From assembly GCA_964543765.1 (NCBI GenBank), contig CAZIZI010000001.1, positions 50,062 through 114,061 of the forward strand: a stretch of 64,000 nucleotides of DNA, in the 5' to 3' direction. Below the pieces are notes generated by a model. The model did no database searches. It saw only the letters and a program-made list of their open reading frames with translations, and was not told where the DNA came from. Shown piece by piece: positions 1-9,796 of the stretch; the first letter of the stretch is position 1, and every line of letters starts with the position of its first letter. Made by a program: the position numbers and the translations under genes. Origin of the DNA: an uncultured Thermodesulfobacteriota bacterium (GTDB taxonomy: Bacteria > Desulfobacterota > B13-G15).

Positions 1-1
1 G

Positions 2-3000
2 AGGATTGCCGGTCGGTGCAGTGTTTTCGCTAAGAGCGACATGATTCATTTACAGCAGATAGCCACTCCTGATTACGACATTGTAGCAGGTCTTTGCTAT
101 GCGTTGGCCCGGAACTTCAAAGGCAATATAGCCAAAGGGGCCCATCTTAAGCCCGTGGTGGCCTTTATCGGAGGGGTTGCGGCCAATTTGGGGATGAGGA
201 AGGCACTGAAAGAGGTGTTAGAACTTAAGGATGAGGAATTCTTAGTGCCCGAGCATTTTGCCTCAATGGGGGCCATCGGGGCGGTTCTTTTGGGTTTGAA
301 GGAAAACGAGTTTAAGGGCTTTAAGGGCCTTTCGGGCCTTGAAGAATATTTGAAGACGCTGGAATACGAACCGGCTTCGTGGGAACCTTTGACTTTAAGA
401 CCTGAACACCTTGAAAACAAGTCCAAAGTTTATATTCCGAAAGTTCCTCCTCTTAAAAAGATCCCAGCCTATCTGGGGATTGATGTGGGTTCAATTTCCA
501 CCAATTTGGTGGTGATAGACTCCGAAGGGAGGGTTCTTGCCAAAAGGTATCTCATGACCGCAGGAAGGCCTATTGAAGCCATAAGGCAGGGTTTAAAGGA
601 GATAGGTGACGAGATGGGGCATTTGGTGGATATACAAGGGGTTGGGACCACGGGTTCAGGGCGGTATTTGACCGGGGATTTTGTGGGTGCCGATGTCGTC
701 CGAAACGAGATAACCGCTCAGGCAACAGCCGCCATCCACATAGATCCTCAAGTAGACACCATCTTTGAGATTGGAGGCCAGGACTCCAAGTACATAAGGG
801 TGGATAGAGGGGTCATTGTAGATTTCGAGATGAACAAGGTCTGTGCTGCTGGGACGGGGAGCTTTTTAGAGGAGCAAGCGGAAAGGTTAGGACTTGATAT
901 AAAATCGGACTTTCAGGAGTTGGCCCTAAAGGCCAAAAACCCTGTAAAAATGGGCGAACGTTGTACGGTTTTTATAGAATCCGATCTTGTTCATCATCAA
1001 CAACAAGGGGCCAGGATTGAAGACCTAGTGGCCGGTTTGTGCTACTCCATCGCTTTAAACTACCTTAACCGCGTTGTGGGCGATAGGAAGATAGGGGAGA
1101 GGATTTTCTTCCAAGGAGGAACGGCTTTCAACAAGGGGGTAGTGGCCGCCTTTGAGAAGCTATTGGGACGTCCTATTACCGTGCCCGAGAACCATGAAGT
1201 CACTGGAGCCATAGGAGCCGCCCTTCTGGCCATGAGGGAGAGAACATGGAAGAAGTCGAACTTCAAAGGGTTTGACCTTTCCCAAAGGCGTTACGAGATA
1301 AAGACCTTCGAATGTAAATCCTGTCCAAACCACTGCTTAATTCGAAGGGTTACCATCGAGGGCGAGAAGGAACCGCTCTTTTACGGTTCAAGATGTGAGA
1401 AGTACGATGTCCTAAGACGGAGAAGGAAGTCGGAGATCCCAAACCTTTTTAAGGAGAGGGAGAGGCTTCTTTTCCTACCTTATCCAAGCGAAGAAAAGCT
1501 TCCCAAGGATGCGCCTGAGATCGGTATCCCCATATGTCTCTACCTTCACGAGTTTCTGCCGTTTTGGAGGGCGTTCTTTACGGAGCTCGGCTTTCGGGTC
1601 GTATTCTCCGATCGCACCAATAAGGAGTTGATCCGAGAAGGCGTTGAGGCAGTTGTGGCTGAGACCTGTTTCCCCATAAAGGTGGCTCATGGGCATGTGC
1701 TTAACTTAATTCAAAAAGGCTTAAAGATGATCTTTCTTCCCTCCGTGGTGGGGGTGCCCAAGTTGAAGGAGGATTTTGAGCATTCCCAATCCTGTCCCTA
1801 TGCTCAGGCCCTTCCTTATGTGATAAGATCGGCCATAAGGTTCGAAGACTACGGAGCTCAACTCCTTTCGCCTGTGGTTCCTTTCGGCTGGGGAGAGGAG
1901 GAAGTTGAGGAGTATTTGATCGAATTTGGAAAACAGCTCGGGAAAAGCCCATCTCAAGTGAGGTGGGCTTTAAAGTGCGCCTGGGATTTTCAGAGAAGGT
2001 TCGAACAGGGCCTTAAGGTGATGGGGCGTTGGGCTCTTGAGGAACTATTCCGCGGGGAGAAGGCCCTAGTGATAGTGGGGAGGCCTTATAATACGTGTGA
2101 TCCTGAGGTAAACCTGGATCTACCGGAGAAATTAAGGGACCTTGGCGTTTTGGCGATCCCCATGGACTTTTTGCCTCTGGAAAAAGCCCTTGATCGGGAA
2201 GGCATAAGGGAGATGTACTGGCGATATGGTCAGAAGATATTGTTGGCGGCCCATTTGATAAGAGAAGACGAAAGACTTTATCCAGTATACATCTCCAACT
2301 TCGGATGTGGTCCTGATTCCTTTATTATTCACTTCTTCAAAGAGATAATGGGTGATAAACCCGCCCTTATTCTGGAGATAGACGAACATAGTGCCGATGC
2401 AGGAATCGTGACTAGACTCGAAGCCTATCTTGACAGCCTGAAAAACGCCCCAAAGGCTCTTCCTCCCGTAGTGAAACGAGGTCGTATAGGTGGAGATGTA
2501 GGAAGGGTCATATGGATCCCTTATATGTGCGATCATGCTTATGCCTTTAAGGCCGCCTTTGAGGCCTGTGGGGTTCGGGCGGAGGTATTTCCAGAATCCG
2601 ACGAGGAGACCCTTTATTGGGGGAGGAAATACACGTCTGGGAAGGAGTGTTATCCTTGTGTTTTGACCACGGGCGATATGATAAAGATCACCAAAAGGCC
2701 CAATTTTGATCCCAAGAGAACGGCCTTCTTTATGCCTTCGGGGAATGGTCCTTGCCGTTTCGGTCAATATCATCGATTCCACCGAAGGGTTTTGGACGAG
2801 CTGGGGCTCCATGATGTGCCCATCTACTCCCCCAATCAAGACGAGACCCTCTATAGGGATTTGGGGATTTTAGGTTCTAAGTTCACCAGGCTTGGATGGT
2901 GGGCCATAGTGGGGGTTGATCTTCTTTATAAAAAGCTCCTTGAGACAAGGCCTTATGAGGTCAATCCCGGGGAGACCGATCGGGTTTATTGGGAATGCCT

Positions 3001-3730
3001 CTGGGGTTTTTGTGACTTGATAAGAAAGGATCCGAAGATAGAGGAGGTGGTTCATTTTCTACTTCAAGCCAGAAAACGCCTAGACTCCATTCCCACCAGG
3101 GACAAGGGTTCAAAACCGAAGGTAGGAGTTGTAGGAGAGATTTACGTGAGGCTTAACCGTTTTGCTAATGAGGATGTGATAAGGAAAATAGAAACGCTAG
3201 GAGGCGAGGCTCGGTTGGCTCCGCTTGTGGAATGGGTCCATTACATAAACAAGATGGCCAAAAGAAGGGCCAAAAGAAGGGGACATTGGCGGAACCTTTT
3301 AGGAGTCCTTTTGAAAGAATATTTTCAAAGGAAGGACGAAAGGCAATTGGCTCAGGCCTTTTATGGTTCCATCGAAGAACCTGAAGAGCCTCCAACCGAA
3401 CACTTGCTGAAACTCGCTGAGCCCTACGTGCACGATTCCTTTGAAGGGGAAGCCATTCTCACTATCGGTAAGACCATAGATTATGCCTTGAAGGGGGCTT
3501 GTGGGGTGGTAAATGTTATGCCTTTTACCTGTATGCCAGGTACAATTACTACCGCAATCCTAAAACGTTACCGTGAGGAAAACGGACACTTTCCAGTTCT
3601 AAACATCGCCTATGATGGACAAGAAGGGGGAGATGTGCTTGTGCGCCTTGAGGCCTTCATGCATCAGGTCAGGCAGTACATGGAGAAGTTCGAGAAGGAT
3701 TCCTACAACTCTGGCAAGGCAACTTTGTAA
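2..3730 (+). CDS. Multidomain 2-hydroxyacyl-CoA dehydratase activator-type protein (BadF/BadG/BcrA/BcrD ASKHA ATPase domains + DUF2229-like + dehydratase-D-like C-terminus); 5'-truncated by window edge
   Basis: Frame is open from base 2 (RIAGRCSVFAKSDMIHLQQ), so the ATG at 41 is internal. Activator motifs GIDVGSISTN, GTTGSGR, EIGGQDSK, KVCAAGTGSF and GERCTVF; later GRPYN, NFGCGPD and PFTCMPG motifs typical of this fusion family. Confidence 0.85.
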   Translation, partial: RIAGRCSVFAKSDMIHLQQIATPDYDIVAGLCYALARNFKGNIAKGAHLKPVVAFIGGVAANLGMRKALKEVLELKDEEFLVPEHFASMGAIGAVLLGLKENEFKGFKGLSGLEEYLKTLEYEPASWEPLTLRPEHLENKSKVYIPKVPPLKKIPAYLGIDVGSISTNLVVIDSEGRVLAKRYLMTAGRPIEAIRQGLKEIGDEMGHLVDIQGVGTTGSGRYLTGDFVGADVVRNEITAQATAAIHIDPQVDTIFEIGGQDSKYIRVDRGVIVDFEMNKVCAAGTGSFLEEQAERLGLDIKSDFQELALKAKNPVKMGERCTVFIESDLVHHQQQGARIEDLVAGLCYSIALNYLNRVVGDRKIGERIFFQGGTAFNKGVVAAFEKLLGRPITVPENHEVTGAIGAALLAMRERTWKKSNFKGFDLSQRRYEIKTFECKSCPNHCLIRRVTIEGEKEPLFYGSRCEKYDVLRRRRKSEIPNLFKERERLLFLPYPSEEKLPKDAPEIGIPICLYLHEFLPFWRAFFTELGFRVVFSDRTNKELIREGVEAVVAETCFPIKVAHGHVLNLIQKGLKMIFLPSVVGVPKLKEDFEHSQSCPYAQALPYVIRSAIRFEDYGAQLLSPVVPFGWGEEEVEEYLIEFGKQLGKSPSQVRWALKCAWDFQRRFEQGLKVMGRWALEELFRGEKALVIVGRPYNTCDPEVNLDLPEKLRDLGVLAIPMDFLPLEKALDREGIREMYWRYGQKILLAAHLIREDERLYPVYISNFGCGPDSFIIHFFKEIMGDKPALILEIDEHSADAGIVTRLEAYLDSLKNAPKALPPVVKRGRIGGDVGRVIWIPYMCDHAYAFKAAFEACGVRAEVFPESDEETLYWGRKYTSGKECYPCVLTTGDMIKITKRPNFDPKRTAFFMPSGNGPCRFGQYHRFHRRVLDELGLHDVPIYSPNQDETLYRDLGILGSKFTRLGWWAIVGVDLLYKKLLETRPYEVNPGETDRVYWECLWGFCDLIRKDPKIEEVVHFLLQARKRLDSIPTRDKGSKPKVGVVGEIYVRLNRFANEDVIRKIETLGGEARLAPLVEWVHYINKMAKRRAKRRGHWRNLLGVLLKEYFQRKDERQLAQAFYGSIEEPEEPPTEHLLKLAEPYVHDSFEGEAILTIGKTIDYALKGACGVVNVMPFTCMPGTITTAILKRYREENGHFPVLNIAYDGQEGGDVLVRLEAFMHQVRQYMEKFEKDSYNSGKATL

Positions 3731-3735
3731 AAGGT

Positions 3736-4469
3736 CTAAAGTATCCAGCGTTTCTTTATATTATAGAGACTCAGTACGAAAAGGGAGGTACAGAAAAACA
3801 AAAGCATTGAAAAGTCAAAGGAATAAGGGAATATATGGGACCCGTTTATGGCACCGTGTAGAAGGTCAACCCCATAAGTGAGGGGCATTATATAGGAGAG
3901 GGGTCTCAAAAATAAAGGCAGCTTGGATATGGGAAAGAATAACCCGCAGAGGAATATCATTGGAAATCTAAAAAGTTGGAAAATGTCTGTGCCTCAAAGA
4001 CCTCACTTACGGAAGTTGCGATGAACAGCCCCATAAACCTGGAAGCGATGGAGATGAGGATTATGGCAGTCATCACAATGGATAGATGGAGCTGAAAGAG
4101 ATCCACAAAAAACTGCCACAAAAAGGGGTATAAAGGCGTTTGCAATGCCAAAAAGAATGGCACCTAAGGCCTTTGCCAACATAATAAGCTCGAGCGGTAT
4201 AGGTGATAAAAGGATTCTATCGAGGGTTTTGCTTTTCTTCTCAAAGGTGATGGTCACCGAAAGCATGGAGGTTGTTCCAAAAAGTATGGATAAGCTCATA
4301 ACCCCTGGCAGGATGGACAAAAGATCCGTCACGGTGGTACCTGTCCTTATGAAAAACATGCCTGTCCATGCAAAGGGGAAGATTATACCCCAGCTTAATT
4401 GGGAGGTTTTAAGTAGTAAGTCTTAATGTCCTTCGAGAATATGGCGAAAAATGCGATTAGGTCTTTCAT
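3736..4469 (-). pseudogene. ABC-2 type exporter permease, broken by 3 frameshifts
   Basis: Reassembled by hand as MKDLIAFFAIFSKDIKTYYLKPPN / SWGIIFPFAWTGMFF...AFIPLFVAVF / VDLFQLHLSIV...EAQTFSNF / RFPMIFLCGLFFP...KKRWIL. Shifts near 4396, at the run 4107-4112 and at the run 3970-3974. Start ATG overlaps the ATPase stop (ATGA). Confidence 0.85.
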
Positions 4470-5437
4470 CCTTCTTTCGTTTGCTTCTCTTCTTTCCTTT
4501 TCATCTCCTGAGCCTCAATACCCGTTACCTTTACAAATACATCTTCTAAGCTTGCGTGCATCCTCTTTACCTCTATGACCTCAATCCCTTCCTCCTCCAA
4601 AATGTGGATGATATGGCCTGTCCTGAAAGGATTGGCTGATTCCATGCGAATCTCATTATCGGATATCCTTTTGAAATTAAGATCGGGAAGGATACGAGAT
4701 AGCTTTCCTTCTATCCCATCGTATACCCCGGATAGGGTGAGGATGAGGATATTTCTATCCTTTATCGGATAGATCAGCTCTTCCACATAAGCGATCTTTA
4801 TGATTTTCCCTTTTACGATAAAGGCCACCCGGTCACATAACCTCTCCGCTTCTTCTATGTAGTGGGTAGTGAGAAATATGGCCGTTCCCTTTTTGTTTAG
4901 TTCTTTAAGTACACTTCGTATATGCCTCGCCGATGCTACATCTATCCCGGTTGTAGGTTCGTCGAGGAACAAAATGGGTGGATCATGGATTATACTGGCT
5001 GCAATTGCAAGCCTTCTTTTCATGCCCTTTGAGTATTCGGCAAATTTCTTGTTCTTTACATCTTTGAGGCCAAATTGTTGTAAAAGAAATTCTGTTTTTG
5101 CCCGTCTCTCTGCCTTTCTCAATCCGTATAACGCTCCACAGAAACAGAGGTTCTCAAAACCCGTGAGCTCTGGATATAAATTACTCTCATCGGGTACAAT
5201 ACCCATGAGATATTGGGCCTTCTTTATATTGTGGGTATAGTCCCTCCCAAAGTATAGGATCCTTCCCCTGGTGGGGCGGGCAAGACCTATGAGCATATTA
5301 ATGGTAGTGGCCTTTCCCGCCCCGTTCGGTCCCAAAAGGCCGAAGACCTCGCCTTCTCTTACCGCAAAAGAGATCCCCTTGACAGCCTTTAAGGTGCCAT
5401 AAAACTTTGTCAGATCATAGGCCTCAAGGATGTTCAT
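4466..5437 (-). CDS. ABC exporter ATP-binding protein (DrrA/CcmA-like with C-terminal DUF4162-like extension)
   Basis: Walker A GPNGAGKAT (Ala at the usual Thr), signature YSKGMKRR, Walker B LFLDEPT, H-loop TTHYIEEAE. Confidence 0.9.
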   Translation of the reverse strand: MNILEAYDLTKFYGTLKAVKGISFAVREGEVFGLLGPNGAGKATTINMLIGLARPTRGRILYFGRDYTHNIKKAQYLMGIVPDESNLYPELTGFENLCFCGALYGLRKAERRAKTEFLLQQFGLKDVKNKKFAEYSKGMKRRLAIAASIIHDPPILFLDEPTTGIDVASARHIRSVLKELNKKGTAIFLTTHYIEEAERLCDRVAFIVKGKIIKIAYVEELIYPIKDRNILILTLSGVYDGIEGKLSRILPDLNFKRISDNEIRMESANPFRTGHIIHILEEEGIEVIEVKRMHASLEDVFVKVTGIEAQEMKRKEEKQTKEG

Positions 5438-5708
5438 TTTGCTGAGTTTAAAGGCTTTTCACTCAAAAGGGTTAACTCCTTCGCCACCTTTTTAAGGATC
5501 TCCCTTTTACCGTATAGTGAGCCCAATACCTTTTTCGCCCCTCGCAATTCCCGCCTTTCTTAAAACTTGTGCTGGGATACGGCAGCATTTGAGACTCCTA
5601 TCCTTCTAGCAATAACCCCACACAGAGATCATAATCGAGCAAAAGCCTAAATATCCTCCACCTCGTCTCATCCGAAAGAGCCTTAAATACAAGAATAAGT
5701 CCATCAAT
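5434..5708 (-). pseudogene. ArsR/SmtB family transcriptional regulator, heavily frameshifted (absent from ORF track)
   Basis: Frame-hopping translation gives LILVFKALSDETRWRIFRLLLDYDLCVG / VIARRIGVSNAAVSQH / VLRKAGIARGEK / YWAHYTVK / EILKKVAKELTLLSEKPLNSAK*. At least 4 shifts plus a doubtful start. Its stop overlaps the ATPase ATG. Confidence 0.75.
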
Positions 5709-5781
5709 TTAATATTATTCCCTTTCTTTCTTCGGGTTAAGGGAGGTTTTGTTTTGATAAATGGCAAACGTTATGCTTAAA

Positions 5782-5799
5782 TTGTGAATAAGGTAACAA
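5782..5799. promoter_or_regulatory. Candidate Rex (NADH/NAD+ sensor) operator
   Basis: TTGTGAA-TAAG-GTAACAA against the Rex consensus TTGTGAA-N4-TTCACAA (2 mismatches in the right arm), 19 bp upstream of the cytochrome start codon at 5819. Confidence 0.4.
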
Positions 5800-5818
5800 A
5801 TTCAAAAGGAAGAAGGAG

Positions 5819-6670
5819 ATGGATAAGGGGCGGAGGGATATGTTGAAGATGGTTGGGTCAGTGACAGGGGGGTTGTTTTTTGCCTAGATGGTAGGCAAGG
5901 CTCTTTCTGCTCAGAATGCCTCATCCAAAACTCAGGAGGTGGAAAAGGTTCCGGAACTCCCTTGGCCTTACAAGAAGTTGGATCCCGTGGCGGTTGCGGA
6001 AAGGGCTTATGCGGCCTTTTGGAAAGGGGCCTGTTGTTATGGTGCCTTTGAGGGCATTATAGGGGAGTTGAGGGGAAAAGTTGGTTATCCTTATACGGTA
6101 TTTCCCTCGGAGCTTTTCGTTTTCGGCGAAGGGGGAGTGGCTGGGACCTCAAATCTTTGTGGTGCCTTAAACGGAGCAGTGGCAGTCATATTTATTGTAA
6201 CCGGAGGTCTTGAAACAGAAATAAGAGAAAAGGCTTTCAAAATAATTCAGGAGCTTTTCCAATTCTATGAACAAGAACCGCTTCCTAAATACAGACCAGA
6301 AAATCCGAAGTATGAGATCAAACCCTCTATTGCAAGATCGTCCCTATGTCATATTTCCGTATCAAGATGGTGTAAGGAAAGTGGGTTTAAGGCATTTTCG
6401 CCTCAGAGAAAGGAAAGGTGTGGATGGCTTACCGCTTGTGTGGCTAAATACGCGGCGGAGCTTCTTAATCAGAACCTTGAAGGGACGTTTAATGTACCTC
6501 ATCCGCTTCCTGCCGATGTTCAGTCCTGTAGACAGTGTCATGACAAGGGTGGTATGCTTGAAAATAGCCGTGGTTTAATGGATTGTAACATCTGTCATTT
6601 TACCGGGAAAGTAAAAACATCCTTAAAAGGAGGGCCTAATTGTGAGTTTTCTCTCTTGACAAACATGTGA
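5819..6670 (+). pseudogene. Tat-exported C-GCAxxG-C-C family / split-Soret-like cytochrome c, interrupted by in-frame TAG in the signal peptide
   Basis: SD GGAG, then ATG at 5819: MDKGRRDMLKMVGSVTGGLFFA*(5885-5887)MVGKALSAQ. Body has GACCYGAF, LCGALNGA, LCHISVSRWC, RKERCGWL and two CxxCH motifs (CRQCH, CNICH). Probable additional +1 shift in A5 at 6613-6617. Confidence 0.75.
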
Positions 6671-6734
6671 AATAAGAAGGAAAATACTTTACATCATTGT
6701 TTAAAGATATATTAAAAAATCAAGGAGGAGGAGG

Positions 6735-9700
6735 ATGGGGGGGATAACGCGAAGGGATTTTTTAAAGCTTTCCCTGGGTACGTTGGTCCTCACGGGAATA
6801 GGGGTCGATCTTAAACCCGTCAAGGCCTATGCAGAAGAAGAGCTAAAGATAAAGGGTGCGAAGGAGACTACTACGGTTTGTCCCTATTGTTCGGTGGGGT
6901 GTGGGATCATCGTTTATACCAAAAACGGCAAAGTGGTCAACACCGAAGGAGATCCCGATCATCCTATAAATGAAGGAAGCCTCTGTCCGAAAGGGGCATC
7001 TCTTTATCAATTGGTTAACAACCCCTATCGTGAACTTTATCCTCTTTATCGAGCGCCCTATTCCACCAGTTGGAAAAAGGTCACTTGGGATTGGGCGCTT
7101 GACCGGATAGCCAAGTTGGTTAAGGAAACGCGTGATCAGTATTTTGTGGCCAAGAACGAAAAAGGAGAAGTGGTAAACAGGGTTGAAGCTATAGGTCATG
7201 TTGGTTCTGCTGCTCTTGACAATGAGGAGTGTTACATACTTCAAAAGTTCATGAGGGCTTTGGGTCTTGTTTACATAGAACATCAAGCCCGCCTCTGACA
7301 CTCCCCGACCGTGGCGGCTCTGGCAGAGTCGTTCGGCCGCGGTGCGATGACCAATCAATATAACGATCTTAAAAATGCTGACGTGATTCTGGTTATGGGA
7401 GGTAACCCTGCAGAGAACCATCCGGTATCTATGAAATGGATCTTAAGGGCAAAGAAAGACAGGAGAGCGAAGCTTATAGTGGTAGATCCTAAGTTCACCA
7501 GGACTGCAGCGAAAGCCGACCTTTATGTCCCGATTCGTCCTGGTACGGATATAGCTTTTTTGGGAGGTCTTATAAAGTACATTATTGATAACGAACTTTA
7601 TTTCAGGGATTACGTGGTCAATTACACGGATGCCCCATTCTTGGTGGATCCCAATTTCAAGTTGCCTGAGGATCTGGAAGGGGTCTTTTCGGGTTATGAT
7701 CCAAATACAAGAAAGTACGACAAAGCCATCTGGAAGTATCAGCTTGACGAGAATGGGATTCCCAAGAGAGATCCTTCTTTGAAGGACCTGAATTGCGTAT
7801 TTCAATTGCTGAAGAAGCATTATTCAAGGTATACAGTAGAGACTGTTTCGGAGATTACTGGGGCTCCGAAGGATAAGATCCTTAAGGCCTACGAGATAAT
7901 AGGGTCTACCGGAAAGCCTAATAAGGTTACTACTGTATGTTATGCCATGGGTTGGACCCAGCACACCGTTGGCGTTCAGAACATAAGGGCTATGAGCATC
8001 GTTCAGCTTCTTTTGGGCAATATAGGAATGGCGGGTGGTGGTATCAATGCTTTAAGGGGCGAATCCAATGTTCAAGGTTCGACCGATCAAGGGCTTCTGT
8101 ATCACATTTTGCCGGGCTACCTGCCAGTGCCCAAAGCTTCTGAGAAGGACCTTAAAACTTACATCGAGAAAAATACTCCGGTCACTAAGGAACCAAAGAG
8201 CCTTAACTGGTGGAAGAACCGTCCGAAATATATCGTAAGTTTACTGAAGGCTTTCTTTGGCGATAATGCCACGAAAGAAAACGACTTCTGCTATGACCTT
8301 TTACCCAAAGTAGATGATGGGAAGACTTATAGTTGGTATGACCTTTTTGATGCGATGATCAAAGGTAAGATTAAGGGATTTTTCGCATGGGGTCAGAATC
8401 CGGCCTGTTCCTCCGCCAATGCCGGTAAGGTTAGGGAAGCGTTGGCGAAATTAGATTGGTTAGTTCATGTGAACCTTTGGGACACTGAGACCTCTTCCTT
8501 CTGGAGAGGTCCGGGGATGGATCCTAAGAAAATAAAGACGGAAGTTTTTCTCCTTCCCTGTGCTTCTTCGGTGGAGAAGGAGGGTTCTATCACTAACTCC
8601 GGCAGAATAGCTCAATGGAGATATAAGGCCGTTGAGCCTCCTGGAGAGGCGAAGCCTGATGCGGAGATCATTGACGAGCTCTTTAAGCGCATAAGAGCGC
8701 TTTATCAAAAGGAAGGTGGTGTTTTTCCTGATCCGATTCTCAAGCTCAATTGGAACTATGGGAAGGACCACGTGGATACGAAGCTTATAGCCAAAGAGAT
8801 TAACGGGTACTTCACCGCGGATATTCCGGAACATCCCGTTAACAAAAAAGCCTACCGAAAGGGTGAACAGGTTTTTAATTTCACTTTGCTTCTTGATGAT
8901 GGGAGGACCGCATGCGGAAACTGGATCTATTCAGGTTCATTCCCCGAAGAAGGCAATATGATGGCCAGAAGAGGCAAGGAGGATCCCACTGGTTTAGGGC
9001 TTTTCCCCAACTGGGCTTGGTGTTGGCCTCTTAACCGGAGGATCCTTTACAACCGAGCGAGCGTTGACCCTTACGGGAGGCCTTGGGATCCAGAGAGAGC
9101 AGTTATCAAATGGGATGATCAGGCCAAAAAATGGATTGGAGATGTGCCCGATGGTCCACAACCGCCTTTGGCTATGGAAGGAGGAGTTTTACCATTTATA
9201 ATGAAAACAAGCGGAATGGGCACCATTTTCGGAGCGGGCCTTTCCGATGGGCCCTTCCCTACGCATTATGAGCCAATTGAGTCACCGTTCCCCAACGTGC
9301 TTTACAAGAAGGTAAGGTTCAATCCAGTGGCCAGAATCTCCGATACGCCTCTTGATAAGCTCATCCTCGGGGCCGATCCCAAATACCCATATGTAGCTAC
9401 TACCTATCGGGTGACCGAGCATTGGCAGACAGGTGTAATGACCAGACATACCGATTGGTTGCTTGAGCTTGAACCTCAGATGTTTGTGGAAATAAGCAAG
9501 GAACTCGCTCGAAAACTCGGAATCAAAAGCGGCGATAAGGTTTGGGTGATAAGCCCAAGAGGAAAGGTTTGGGCTATAGCCATAGTGACCTCCAGGATTA
9601 AGCCTTTGAAGGTTATGGGGCACACCTGTCATATAGTTGGCTTGCCATGGCATTATGGATGGAGATGGCCTGAGGATGGCAGTGGTGGCGATAGTGCTAA

Positions 9701-9785
9701 CCTTCTTACACCTCCGACCTATGATCCTAATACAATGATACAAGAGACTAAGTGTTTTGCGGTAAACATCGTTAAAGCAAAATAG
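6735..9785 (+). CDS. fdhA: Selenocysteine-containing Mo/W formate dehydrogenase alpha subunit, Tat-exported
   Basis: ORFs 6735-7298 and 7311-9785 share one frame, separated only by TGA 7296-7298 in EHQARL(U)HSPTVAALAESFGRGAMTN, the FdnG/FdhA metal-ligand position. Tat RRDFLK, Fe-S motif CPYCSVGC, LRGESNVQG. Confidence 0.95.
7314..7332 (+). promoter_or_regulatory. Bacterial SECIS hairpin in fdhA mRNA
   Basis: GCGGCUCU-GGC-AGAGUCGU: 8-bp stem (2 G-U pairs) with a G-containing apical loop, starting 16 nt after the UGA. Confidence 0.75.
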
Positions 9786-9796
9786 GGAGGCTAACG

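Noticed and set aside
3252-3282. Short direct repeat GGCCAAAAGAAG x2 in the activator gene
   Set aside because: It encodes AKRRAKRR in an open frame; a single 12-bp duplication with no further structure.
97-3395. Antisense ORFs of 60-235 aa over the activator gene, and similar shadow ORFs throughout (e.g. 6843-7421, 9282-9743, 12056-12598, 16027-16518)
   Set aside because: They fully overlap well-supported genes and show no protein motifs; expected shadows.
4145-4426. Plus-strand 93 aa ORF
   Set aside because: It is the antisense shadow of the ABC permease pseudogene.
5885-5887. Genome-wide TAG reassignment
   Set aside because: TAG terminates well-defined genes in this window (fdhA 9783-9785, fdhE, nfeD).
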